64,000 nt of DNA, taken from positions 2,559 to 66,558 of the IMG/VR virus record IMGVR_UViG_3300037316_000032. One strand, given 5' to 3'. The notes below the pieces were generated by a model. The model was not told where the DNA came from. It made no database searches and saw only the letters and a list, made by a program, of their open reading frames with translations. How positions within the stretch are numbered: the stretch's first letter is position 1; each line of letters opens with the position of its first letter. Source of the stretch: a virus. This document shows, in pieces, positions 1-7,714 of the stretch. Both the position numbers and the translations under genes were made by a program.

Positions 1-64
1 AGAACATGGAACCCTCCCCTTGCTGGTGAGAGTGAACCATAGCTGAAGATGGTTACCGAAAGAT

Positions 65-79
65 TTACCGCGACGGTAA
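65..79. promoter_or_regulatory. TTACCG-N3-CGGTAA palindrome copy 1
   Basis: TTACCG CGA CGGTAA; overlaps a stop codon and lies upstream of a minus-strand ATG at 7. Confidence 0.85.
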
Positions 80-496
80 TTTCGCCTGTCGCAGAAGTTT
101 TTTTACGATACCCAGCAAAACCGGCACCAGGTCGAGCGGTCGCAAACCCGGATGGTCAAACTTGAACTGGAGGATCACGTTCTCCAGGTCGAACTCCAGC
201 ACGCGCAGAAGCGGCACCGGCTCGCGGAAGTGGAACACGTCCTCCTCCAACGGGGGCAAGGTGTCATGTTTCGACGTAAAATGGGGCCCAAAAGGCGTCG
301 GCCCGAGCGCGTTGAACGGCCACGGCTTACCGGTCGGCGGCAAGTCGACGGGCAGTGGCTCGGGTGGCCTCGGCAGCGGGCGCAGAGGAGGCGCCTCCCG
401 CATCTGGTTGGCTCGCCGGAGTTGGTCCAGCGTGCGCCGGCCGAATGGGATCACGTTGGTCCCGCGGCGATCATAGTAGTTTGTGTAGTTCGTCAT
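65..496 (-). CDS. hypothetical protein (Pro-rich)
   Basis: 143-aa ORF with ATGA overlap to the upstream gene; its stop codon lies inside a palindrome copy. Confidence 0.55.
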   Translation of the reverse strand: MTNYTNYYDRRGTNVIPFGRRTLDQLRRANQMREAPPLRPLPRPPEPLPVDLPPTGKPWPFNALGPTPFGPHFTSKHDTLPPLEEDVFHFREPVPLLRVLEFDLENVILQFKFDHPGLRPLDLVPVLLGIVKKLLRQAKLPSR

Positions 497-1419
497 GCTG
501 GTCCTGTGTAGCCGGCAACATAGACCGACTTAAAACCCGCGGCGCCGGTGGGCCCCTGGTAGACAGTCTCTACCTCGCCGCCGTCATTGTCAAGTGATTG
601 GTTGCCAAACCCAAAGGGTCCGGCTGGCCCCGTGGCTTGGATGGTGACAGTACGGAACGTGTGGTCGCCCGCCACGGGAGATTGTATTCGGTAGCCCTTG
701 GCACCTTTTATGGTGGCGGGTGGGGGCGGTGCAGCGGCGGGAACCTGCAAGGCGTCGATCGTTGCAATGTCGCCGGCAGACGTATTACCAGCCGCCCAGA
801 CGTTCCACACCTGGCCGGTTTGAACAGCAGCCAAGGCCACGTATTCAGACACCGTGCCTTCGTTGGACAACGAGTTGGACTGATACAAGCCGGTACAAGC
901 CGGAGACACGTCGAAGCCGGCAGAGACAATCGGGTTGTCCGTAGTCTCGACGGCGAACACGAACGTATTCGGGGTCGTCGTAGAATAGGTCACATTATGG
1001 ACTGTGCGGGCAGTATTGTTGACCTGAGTATGCGCCGGCAACGAAACGTTTGGATCAAATGGATTGTTCAAGTCGCAGCCATTGACGCCGAAAGCCGTGA
1101 GGTTTTGATCCGTGACCGCACCAAAATTCGTGTATGACGCGACGATATTTTTGGCCGACAGCGCGAGAGCAGCGTGCAACCACCACACCGAATGGATGAG
1201 CGGCAGACCGATGCTCGATAGCGTCTGGATATAACAGCGCTGCGTCATCGCAACGCCGTCGCACGTCACGCCCGAGACAGTCACACCGGCTTGGTTGGAA
1301 TGAACGTCGACAATCGCAATGATGATATCGTCCGGGAGCGTCGTCGTCAGGACAGCCGTGGTGGTGCCAACAGCGTTGCTGACTGCATTGACTTTCCCGT
1401 CAAGGGTTGGCGCGGCCAT
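493..1419 (-). CDS. putative virion/structural beta-rich protein with C-terminal Gly-Pro-Thr motifs
   Basis: ATG at 1419 coupled (TAATG) to the upstream stop; Thr/Ala/Val-rich; Pro linker followed by ATGPAGP, QGPTGAAG, YTGPA. Confidence 0.6.
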   Translation of the reverse strand: MAAPTLDGKVNAVSNAVGTTTAVLTTTLPDDIIIAIVDVHSNQAGVTVSGVTCDGVAMTQRCYIQTLSSIGLPLIHSVWWLHAALALSAKNIVASYTNFGAVTDQNLTAFGVNGCDLNNPFDPNVSLPAHTQVNNTARTVHNVTYSTTTPNTFVFAVETTDNPIVSAGFDVSPACTGLYQSNSLSNEGTVSEYVALAAVQTGQVWNVWAAGNTSAGDIATIDALQVPAAAPPPPATIKGAKGYRIQSPVAGDHTFRTVTIQATGPAGPFGFGNQSLDNDGGEVETVYQGPTGAAGFKSVYVAGYTGPA

Positions 1420-1637
1420 TATCGTGGTGTCCCGTCTGGTTGTCGCGTGATCGCTATGTTTGCCCACATGGCATTAGACCTGTGCGCACGCAAGACGAAC
1501 GTCTTGTCTGGGCCTTCCGGCAATAGGCGATCGAGTTCGCGGGCATACTCCGCGGCAGCCTGGCGTGCCTGCTCCATGCTGGCAAGCTGGTCGGTCGTCG
1601 GCTTCAGGTACTCGAAGGTCGATGGGTGCAGTGGCAT
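1419..1637 (-). CDS. Acb2/Tad1-like helical hairpin protein (candidate anti-defence nucleotide sponge)
   Basis: FEYLKP...LLPEGPDKTFVLRAHRSNAMWANIAITR resembles the FxYHxP...PxSREKSLAxTKLEEAxMWANAAIAR pattern; GGAG SD before ATG 1637. Confidence 0.55.
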   Translation of the reverse strand: MPLHPSTFEYLKPTTDQLASMEQARQAAAEYARELDRLLPEGPDKTFVLRAHRSNAMWANIAITRQPDGTPR

Positions 1638-1651
1638 ATCACTCTCCAAGT

Positions 1652-1728
1652 TGGTCGGGGCGGTAGGATTTGAACCTACGGCCTGCTGGTCCCAAACCAG
1701 CCGCTCTGCCAGGCTGAGCTACGCCCTG
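1652..1728 (-). tRNA. tRNA-Pro (anticodon UGG), CCA encoded
   Basis: Minus strand CAGGGCGTAGCTCAGCCTGGCAGAGCG GCTGG TTTGGGA CCAGC AGGCC GTAGG TTCAAAT CCTAC CGCCCCG A CCA; D, anticodon and T arms present; A2-C71 mismatch. Confidence 0.93.
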
Positions 1729-1914
1729 TTATGGTTGTGTGCGGATGACCTGCACATGTCCCTTGATCACCAGCTTCGCGTCAAGAACGTAGCGGGCAAC
1801 CGTTACTGTTTCGTTGATGGCGACGTGATCGTTCAACGATGGCGTGGCGATCAGGAATTTTTCGTTGCCACTGTCTTCGTTGTGGACGTAGATGACTTTG
1901 GGGAATTTGGCCAT
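1729..1914 (-). CDS. hypothetical protein
   Basis: ATG 1914 with GGAG SD; stop abuts the tRNA 5' end. Confidence 0.6.
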   Translation of the reverse strand: MAKFPKVIYVHNEDSGNEKFLIATPSLNDHVAINETVTVARYVLDAKLVIKGHVQVIRTQP

Positions 1915-2120
1915 GAGAAACTCCAGGTTCCAGGTGTCCAAAATTTGTATACAAACTTCGGACAGAAGTCAAGTGGGGTAGGCTCGCCGCGCGCACCAAC
2001 CGTGGCCCTTTACGCTCGAACGCTTACACTATCGAGAAGCCCCCCGTTGGTCGGTGTGACCTTTATACCTTTAAAAAGGGTTAATGAGTTCAAAAAGTTG
2101 GGCTACAAAATTGCGAAGGG

Positions 2121-2229
2121 GGTCTGCCGAAGGCAGACCGGCAGGTCCCGGCCACCCTAGGGGCGGGGTCGCCCCTAGGCTAGTCGGGTTATGGCGTGGC
2201 CATGTCCGGGCAGGTTTTCACCTGCCCGG
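2121..2229. repeat. cluster of three perfect inverted repeats (hairpins)
   Basis: GGTCTGCC-GAA-GGCAGACC (2121-2139), CCTAGGGGCG-GGGT-CGCCCCTAGG (2156-2179), CCGGGCAGGT-TTTC-ACCTGCCCGG (2206-2229). Confidence 0.8.
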
Positions 2230-2237
2230 TATCGTGG

Positions 2238-2414
2238 TTAGCGACCGCAGTTCAGCGAAAGCTTAACGGGGCCGTATCCAGTGAACCCGCCTGTGGTGGC
2301 CACAATGTGCATTTTGCCACCCTTGGAAAGCTCGGCCGCGTCAAGGGCCGCCTTGGACACGTCGATTTCGATTAAGAGCTTGTCGCCCTTGATTTCCGCT
2401 TTGACGTTTTTCAT
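2238..2414 (-). CDS. small protein (58 aa), absent from the supplied ORF track
   Basis: MKNVKAEIKGDKLLIEIDVSKAALDAAELSKGGKMHIVATTGGFTGYGPVKLSLNCGR; strong GAGGAG SD; followed by a GAAA-loop hairpin. Confidence 0.75.
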   Translation of the reverse strand: MKNVKAEIKGDKLLIEIDVSKAALDAAELSKGGKMHIVATTGGFTGYGPVKLSLNCGR

Positions 2415-3206
2415 GGTAGGGAACTCCTCAGTTCAAATCCGATCGGTTGACCGGACACCTATGCCGCGTCGCGCAAAAAAGCGCCCCATTATACCAGCCA
2501 GATCAAGGTGTTAAGGTAAATCTCGCTCAAGATGGTTGCACGCTAGGAAAGTTCCACCCGTTTTAGGTTGTACGTGAAAAGTTCAACCTGGAGTAAATAT
2601 GATAATGTCCCAGTTAATGTCCGACATTTACCCCTCAACGTAAGCCCTTGTAACCTTTACACCTTCTGATTTGGCGAAAGTTAAATGGCCAAATGCCAGG
2701 CGGTTGAAACCGACCGACCATAGTTTACCACACCCCCCTTGCTACCTGCAACTCTCCTCTGTTTTTCGCAACTGGCGGCAAAACAGGCCCGAGCCACCGC
2801 GCAAGGTGAAAAGGTCCAGGACATTATAGTTCTAGCTGTATATCCTATCAAAAATTATATAAAGGTTTATTAAACCTTGAAACCAAGCCAACTCCACCAC
2901 ACCTATTAAGGAAAAGGAGAGTGGGTTAATAAGTGTGGTAATCTACAGGTATGGCAAATCTGAACGCTGGCCTTTGGCCATTATCGACATTATAACCATT
3001 CGCAACTTGGTTGTAGGCGCACCTTCCGTGCGCCGTAAGGTAAACGCAGATCGTTCCCAATATGCCCGGGCGCGCGCCCGTTTTTGCGCGATCGGCCATT
3101 AGCGTCAAGGCGCGCTGGTTCCTACCCCATAGTGCCAACGTCCCCCGATCTTAAAAAATGGGCGGCTCACTGGTACGGGCTTACAAGCTGGGAACCGGCG
3201 CAAAAT
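2415..3206. other. divergent non-coding control region (candidate origin, early promoters or genome terminus)
   Basis: Strand switch point; AT-rich core about 2820-2910; palindrome AAGGTTTA-T-TAAACCTT 2862-2878; AAGGT-N3-AAGGT repeats. Confidence 0.55.
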
Positions 3207-3221
3207 TTACCGTCACGGTAA
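3207..3221. promoter_or_regulatory. TTACCG-N3-CGGTAA palindrome copy 2
   Basis: TTACCG TCA CGGTAA, 19 nt before ATG 3241, just upstream of AGGAG SD. Confidence 0.85.
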
Positions 3222-3240
3222 CAACCCACAGGAGCGTCCC

Positions 3241-3438
3241 ATGACTACGAAAATCACACTGAAGCGTGTTGAAAACGCTGTCAGGCGTGAAATGTTTGGC
3301 CTAGATAACCCCGGCTTCTGCAAGGCTTGCGGCCATGAGCAAGAAGGCTGTGAGCCCGACATGGAAGGTGGAACCTGTGAAAGCTGTGGTGAACAGCAGG
3401 TCACTGGTGCTTCTAATTTGCTCATGGAAATGATATAA
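3241..3438 (+). CDS. small zinc-ribbon protein
   Basis: CKAC...CESC; AGGAG SD. Confidence 0.75.
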   Translation: MTTKITLKRVENAVRREMFGLDNPGFCKACGHEQEGCEPDMEGGTCESCGEQQVTGASNLLMEMI

Positions 3439-3440
3439 CC

Positions 3441-3683
3441 ATGAACAGGCCGGGTCAGCGCGGGTATCGCTACCAATACCATCCCCGTTTCACAGCTTCC
3501 AGTACGCCACACCTGGGAGAATTGCCCGTGTCACCTGATCTCGACCTAACTGAGATCAGTGGCATGGGCAATGGCTGTTATCACAAGCAAGATCACATCG
3601 CGCAGGAAAGCGAGTATGAGCCTGCACTCGATCGCTGGTCTGATATGCAGGTTCCCGTTTCCAAGCACATGAGGAAGCCATGA
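3441..3683 (+). CDS. hypothetical early protein
   Basis: Tightly packed ORF with ATGA overlap to the next gene. Confidence 0.55.
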   Translation: MNRPGQRGYRYQYHPRFTASSTPHLGELPVSPDLDLTEISGMGNGCYHKQDHIAQESEYEPALDRWSDMQVPVSKHMRKP

Positions 3684-3892
3684 GCAACGGACACAGAGAG
3701 TACTCGCATAGGCGTCCTGAGCTGTTCCAGACGCCTTATCTCATCGCCACTTGGTCTGCTAATGAGCGAGCCAAGTTCAAGCATGATCGGTTTCATGCAC
3801 ATGAAAGCAAGTTCCCCGAGCCCGGCCCGACACCGCAAGAGCGGTTCGAGGCAGCGGTGGCAAGGTGGCATGTGGAGCATCCCAATGGCTGA
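3680..3892 (+). CDS. hypothetical early protein
   Basis: ATGA coupling, GAGGA SD. Confidence 0.6.
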   Translation: MSNGHREYSHRRPELFQTPYLIATWSANERAKFKHDRFHAHESKFPEPGPTPQERFEAAVARWHVEHPNG

Positions 3893-4133
3893 CTTTGGCA
3901 GACGCACCAATCCGAGTGTGTCACGCTCAATCGCTGAGCTTGGTCCCGCCACACCCAAGCATGAGAGTGCGCGTGACACGCTTGGCACTCTTGTTGTGGT
4001 TGACGCAAGGCTGCCACCTTATACGTGGCGCGATAGGCAGCGCCCGTTTGCCGTGATGTGCGGGCACAAGTGTTATGGCAGCTATGCGACTGAGGCTGAG
4101 GCACAGGCGCGAGTGAGCGAGTTGGGCCGATGA
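3885..4133 (+). CDS. hypothetical early protein
   Basis: ATG 3885 with GGAG SD; ends YGSYATEAEAQARV. Confidence 0.55.
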   Translation: MADFGRRTNPSVSRSIAELGPATPKHESARDTLGTLVVVDARLPPYTWRDRQRPFAVMCGHKCYGSYATEAEAQARVSELGR

Positions 4134-4321
4134 GAAAGCTTGTGTGGCATGGATATCATCATCGTGGCCGTTCCACGATATCTCCAAAGCGACGCAAGGA
4201 ATACCGGCACCAACTAATGCGCTATTGCGCTGAGCGCATGGACAAAGCCACAGACGAGCAGCACAGCGATCTGTGGCGTACTCGATACCAGATGCTAGTC
4301 AATCAGTATGGAGTAACCTAA
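4130..4321 (+). CDS. hypothetical early protein
   Basis: ATGA coupling upstream, TAATG coupling downstream. Confidence 0.55.
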   Translation: MRKLVWHGYHHRGRSTISPKRRKEYRHQLMRYCAERMDKATDEQHSDLWRTRYQMLVNQYGVT

Positions 4322-4448
4322 TGACCACAGGTGACAAGGTGATCGACTGTTGCGCATGGACGTTCATCGGCCTGATCGCGTTGGTCTGTGCCACGTTGAC
4401 AGGCATGGTATGGGTAGGATTTATCCAATGAGCTGGGCAAAGAAGGGC

Positions 4449-4540
4449 TGCTCTTGAGAGCATATTATATTTTTGAGGGGATGGCAAGGTTTATGCTCTT
4501 AAAAGCATTTTAAATCAGTTATGGTGCTCTTGAGAGCACC
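4449..4540. repeat. three copies of the palindrome TGCTCT-N2-AGAGCA
   Basis: TGCTCTTGAGAGCA 4449-4462, TGCTCTTAAAAGCA 4494-4507, GGTGCTCTTGAGAGCACC 4523-4540 in an AT-rich gap. Confidence 0.75.
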
Positions 4541-4626
4541 GGACGCCCAGGAACGGGCTACAGTGGGATTGCCAAACAGTTTGGTATTTGTGACACAGTT
4601 GCACGTCGCATCATTAAGGAGCAGTT

Positions 4627-4875
4627 ATGGCGGTAGACAAGACCCCATCGGTTCATGCACTTGGCATGGGCAAGACGACAGGCGGTAAGGCTAAGAAGAC
4701 CCGCAAGGGTCGCAAGGTGGGCCGTAACAGCCTGTCATGCCAACGCTACAAGCTTGAGCATCGGCGTGAGAAGAACAAGCTGCGTCGCTTGACACGCCAC
4801 ATCAAGAAACACCTTGCAGACCTGTGCGCCATCGCGGCGCGTGATGTGTGCAAGGTGGTATTGGGAGTGCGCTGA
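4627..4875 (+). CDS. small basic hypothetical protein
   Basis: AAGGAG SD; Lys/Arg-rich. Confidence 0.6.
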   Translation: MAVDKTPSVHALGMGKTTGGKAKKTRKGRKVGRNSLSCQRYKLEHRREKNKLRRLTRHIKKHLADLCAIAARDVCKVVLGVR

Positions 4876-4876
4876 C

Positions 4877-5260
4877 ATGGCTGACAAGGTGAAACTCGCT
4901 GAGCGTTATGGCGCAAGCGAACATGGGAACTACTACGTGATCGACACGATGGGCGTGCCGCACCCATACGTGATTGGCGCAAGGCATGTTGGCCATGCTG
5001 CCGATCGCTTTGGTGGCGTGCTTGGTGATGCTGCAATACGCTCTGGTGAAATGGCTGGTATCCATTGCGCCATGAAGGGCTGCAAACTGAGTTATGACCA
5101 GCACGAAAAGGCCGCATTGGTATGCTGTAAAGTGGAAGGCAATGGCGCAGACGGCAAAATCAACGCTGAGCTGCATGACTACTTGATCAAGGTGAAGCCC
5201 TTGGCTGAGGAAGATCACTATGCAGGCTTTGCGTTCATCATGGAGAAGAACACCAAATGA
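4877..5260 (+). CDS. hypothetical protein
   Basis: ATG 4877 with GGGAG SD, right after the upstream stop. Confidence 0.65.
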   Translation: MADKVKLAERYGASEHGNYYVIDTMGVPHPYVIGARHVGHAADRFGGVLGDAAIRSGEMAGIHCAMKGCKLSYDQHEKAALVCCKVEGNGADGKINAELHDYLIKVKPLAEEDHYAGFAFIMEKNTK

Positions 5261-5454
5261 CAAAGAGTAGGTTTGAGACTACATCAACGCAATTTCTGCA
5301 AATCATGAACAGGCTCACCAAGGATGATGAAATCTCCTTGATGGCTTACATCTTGCAGCGTGCGCCTATCATGCTGAGTGATCCAGGCGTGGCTATATGG
5401 ATACGCGACAACGCCAGCTATGTCAGCATCCTTGCTGCCTTTGTGCCTAAATGA
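5257..5454 (+). CDS. hypothetical protein
   Basis: ATGA coupling, GGAG SD. Confidence 0.55.
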   Translation: MTKSRFETTSTQFLQIMNRLTKDDEISLMAYILQRAPIMLSDPGVAIWIRDNASYVSILAAFVPK

Positions 5455-5687
5455 GCCGCAGTAGAACAGCCATCAAGCGTTGCTGGGGCAAGCGAAGCGG
5501 CGGCTTAGGTCGTATGGTTGGTGATGCTACGGCCACCTTGATTGTTCGTGGTCGGCGTGCGGCAGCCACAAGACATGAGCATCAAGGGCCACACGGCAGA
5601 CAGCTAGTGTGGTATCCTGGTCGTGCTATTCGGCGTCGCTTAGGCAAGCACGGTATGAAACACCAAGCAAATAGGGGCGGCAAATGA
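5451..5687 (+). CDS. basic hypothetical protein
   Basis: ATGA coupling at both ends. Confidence 0.5.
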   Translation: MSRSRTAIKRCWGKRSGGLGRMVGDATATLIVRGRRAAATRHEHQGPHGRQLVWYPGRAIRRRLGKHGMKHQANRGGK

Positions 5688-5926
5688 GCAGGACACAGAC
5701 CAAGGAGCTGCACGACTGGCAGCGTGTGTTTGCACAAGAGCGCATTGATGGCGCTATTGTGTTGCTGCGCAATGCGCAGTATCACTTGCACGAAAGCCGC
5801 TGCCACGGTATGCCACGGCACCTGATCTCATCGGCCGAGCGCATGGTCAAAATGCGTATAGATCAACTATGGGAAGCGCAAGAGCGCCTTCCCAAGCTCA
5901 AATTGGTGGAGAGCGTAACGCCATGA
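5684..5926 (+). CDS. hypothetical protein
   Basis: ATGA coupling. Confidence 0.6.
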   Translation: MSRTQTKELHDWQRVFAQERIDGAIVLLRNAQYHLHESRCHGMPRHLISSAERMVKMRIDQLWEAQERLPKLKLVESVTP

Positions 5927-6129
5927 CAACACTAGAGAACGAGGTTAAGCTCTATCTGCTGAGCGATCGGCAGTGGAAGCGTGAGCAACGCGAAGCCCAC
6001 GCTCGCTATAAGCTGGACACAGCGGATACGCTGCGCGATAAAGCGTTCTGGCGTGCTGTGGTCAATGCGGTCTCGCTGCCGCGCCCTATACCGTCGCGCG
6101 GTTTGCTCAAGCCGAGTGTATCGCCGTGA
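5923..6129 (+). CDS. hypothetical protein
   Basis: ATG 5923 (ATGA overlap), GGAG SD. Confidence 0.55.
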   Translation: MTTLENEVKLYLLSDRQWKREQREAHARYKLDTADTLRDKAFWRAVVNAVSLPRPIPSRGLLKPSVSP

Positions 6130-6467
6130 CGCTGGATGATCTGATACCGGACGATCAGCTTACCCCTTCTGAAATGGTGAAACTTCTGAGGCCAAGGATG
6201 CACAAGCGGCACTACCAAATGTTTGCCGATGCAATCCCTCAGATCGAACAGGGGATAATTGACCTGCATATCCCCATGCCCGAGCATTATCGTGAGCAGA
6301 TCATGGAGCTTGTGACGGCCAGGATTGCCCTGGTGTGTGCAAAGGACAATGACAAGTTTGACTCATTCCTATTTGCCGACGCGGTGCGCAAAAATGCGCG
6401 ACACGGCATAAGCGCGATACGCGGGAGCGCCCCTCGTAATAGCAAGGGCGCGGGTAAAAGGAGCTAA
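6126..6467 (+). CDS. hypothetical protein
   Basis: GTGA coupling; contains DNDKFD..LF motif. Confidence 0.6.
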   Translation: MTLDDLIPDDQLTPSEMVKLLRPRMHKRHYQMFADAIPQIEQGIIDLHIPMPEHYREQIMELVTARIALVCAKDNDKFDSFLFADAVRKNARHGISAIRGSAPRNSKGAGKRS

Positions 6468-6469
6468 CC

Positions 6470-7219
6470 ATGACCCAATCCACGATACCAAACGCATTGA
6501 CGTTTGACGCTGTGAAAGCGTCAATGATAGAGCTTGGCGAAATGGCCGGACAAGGCAAGGACACGCAAATCAAGGCGCTTATGAAAGTGTTGGAAGGTGC
6601 GTTCCACGGCAGCATTGATTTGCAGGCTGACAAGCACGGCACTGATGTTGACGATTGCACAAAGCTGGCTGAAGCGTATGTGCAAGCTCAAAACAGCGCG
6701 ACCGTGTTCGATGCCAAGGCAATGAACCAGCGCAAGCTGATCTCCACCTACCGGACCGTGACCAAACTAGGTCAATGGCCGAAAGGTGGCAACGGTGAAC
6801 CGTTGGGAACGGCGAATAACCTGATCACCATGCGCCAGAAAATGCGCGCCATCCCTGGTGAAATCAAGAAGCTGGATGATGCTGCCAACACGCTGCTGCG
6901 CTATGCACGCGCACAGCTCAAGCGTGACCAGCTCATTGACGACAAGGAGCTGAAAACCTTCTGTTACAAGAAGGATAGCACGCTGCAAACGCCCAAGCAG
7001 ATTATCGAAGGCGTGCGCAAGACACTCACAGCGTTGAAAGATGGCAAGGCTGCGTCTGGTACGGCGCAGGATGCTTCCCAAGACATACGCGATGCTATTC
7101 GGAGCCTGACTGATCGGCTCAAGAAGATCGCGGACAAGCGTGGCGCTGCCAAAGCGCAGGCTGCGTTCAACGTGGTTGAGGATACGTCGATCCGTGCTTA
7201 TCCGGTTAAGACCCAATAG
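6470..7219 (+). CDS. hypothetical helical protein (249 aa)
   Basis: AAGGAG SD; long ORF, Ala/Lys-rich. Confidence 0.75.
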   Translation: MTQSTIPNALTFDAVKASMIELGEMAGQGKDTQIKALMKVLEGAFHGSIDLQADKHGTDVDDCTKLAEAYVQAQNSATVFDAKAMNQRKLISTYRTVTKLGQWPKGGNGEPLGTANNLITMRQKMRAIPGEIKKLDDAANTLLRYARAQLKRDQLIDDKELKTFCYKKDSTLQTPKQIIEGVRKTLTALKDGKAASGTAQDASQDIRDAIRSLTDRLKKIADKRGAAKAQAAFNVVEDTSIRAYPVKTQ

Positions 7220-7226
7220 GTGAAAA

Positions 7227-7394
7227 ATGGCTATTCGACCGACCTGTAATGCCTGCCAATTAGAACTTTCGGAGCCGGGTGCACTGCTATTCAGCCCGCC
7301 GAATATGGAGCAAGAGGTTATGAAACTGCACCTATGCGTCAAATGCTTTGAAAAAGTCATGGACGTTCTTAAGTCGTGGGTGTCAACCGGATAA
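7227..7394 (+). CDS. small Cys-motif protein (55 aa), absent from the ORF track
   Basis: MAIRPTCNACQLELSEPGALLFSPP...HLCVKCF; AGGT SD. Confidence 0.6.
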   Translation: MAIRPTCNACQLELSEPGALLFSPPNMEQEVMKLHLCVKCFEKVMDVLKSWVSTG

Positions 7395-7678
7395 GCATAC
7401 GTCGATCAATGCGGCGCTGGCACAGGCTGGTGTCCCGACCGTTTGAGCGCGATGGTGCGAGTGACCTTGCCAAAGTAAACTCGCCGTTGACCGCGCTCAA
7501 GGTGCCAAGGTGGTTTGCTCCTCTCCACCTTGGCACCACCCCTTTTAAGGAGCAAGAGGAAGTCCATGCGTCTGAAGCACCACTCGCACCACCTGCCATA
7601 TACGGCGTGGGCGGCAATGATGATTGCCGTTGCGCTGTTCGGCTTGCCGTGGGTTGTTTGGTTTTTTAGTCGATAAAA

Positions 7679-7693
7679 TTACCGCGACGGTAA
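7679..7693. promoter_or_regulatory. TTACCG-N3-CGGTAA palindrome copy 3
   Basis: TTACCG CGA CGGTAA, 21 nt before ATG 7715. Confidence 0.85.
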
Positions 7694-7714
7694 AACCCCG
7701 AAAAGGAGCTAACA

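Noticed and set aside
1652-1728. tRNA as a prophage attachment site
   Set aside because: No duplicated tRNA 3' end, no integrase seen, and phage-like genes lie on both sides.
1291-2160. 289-aa plus-strand ORF
   Set aside because: Runs antisense across the tRNA and three coupled minus-strand genes; no recognisable motifs.
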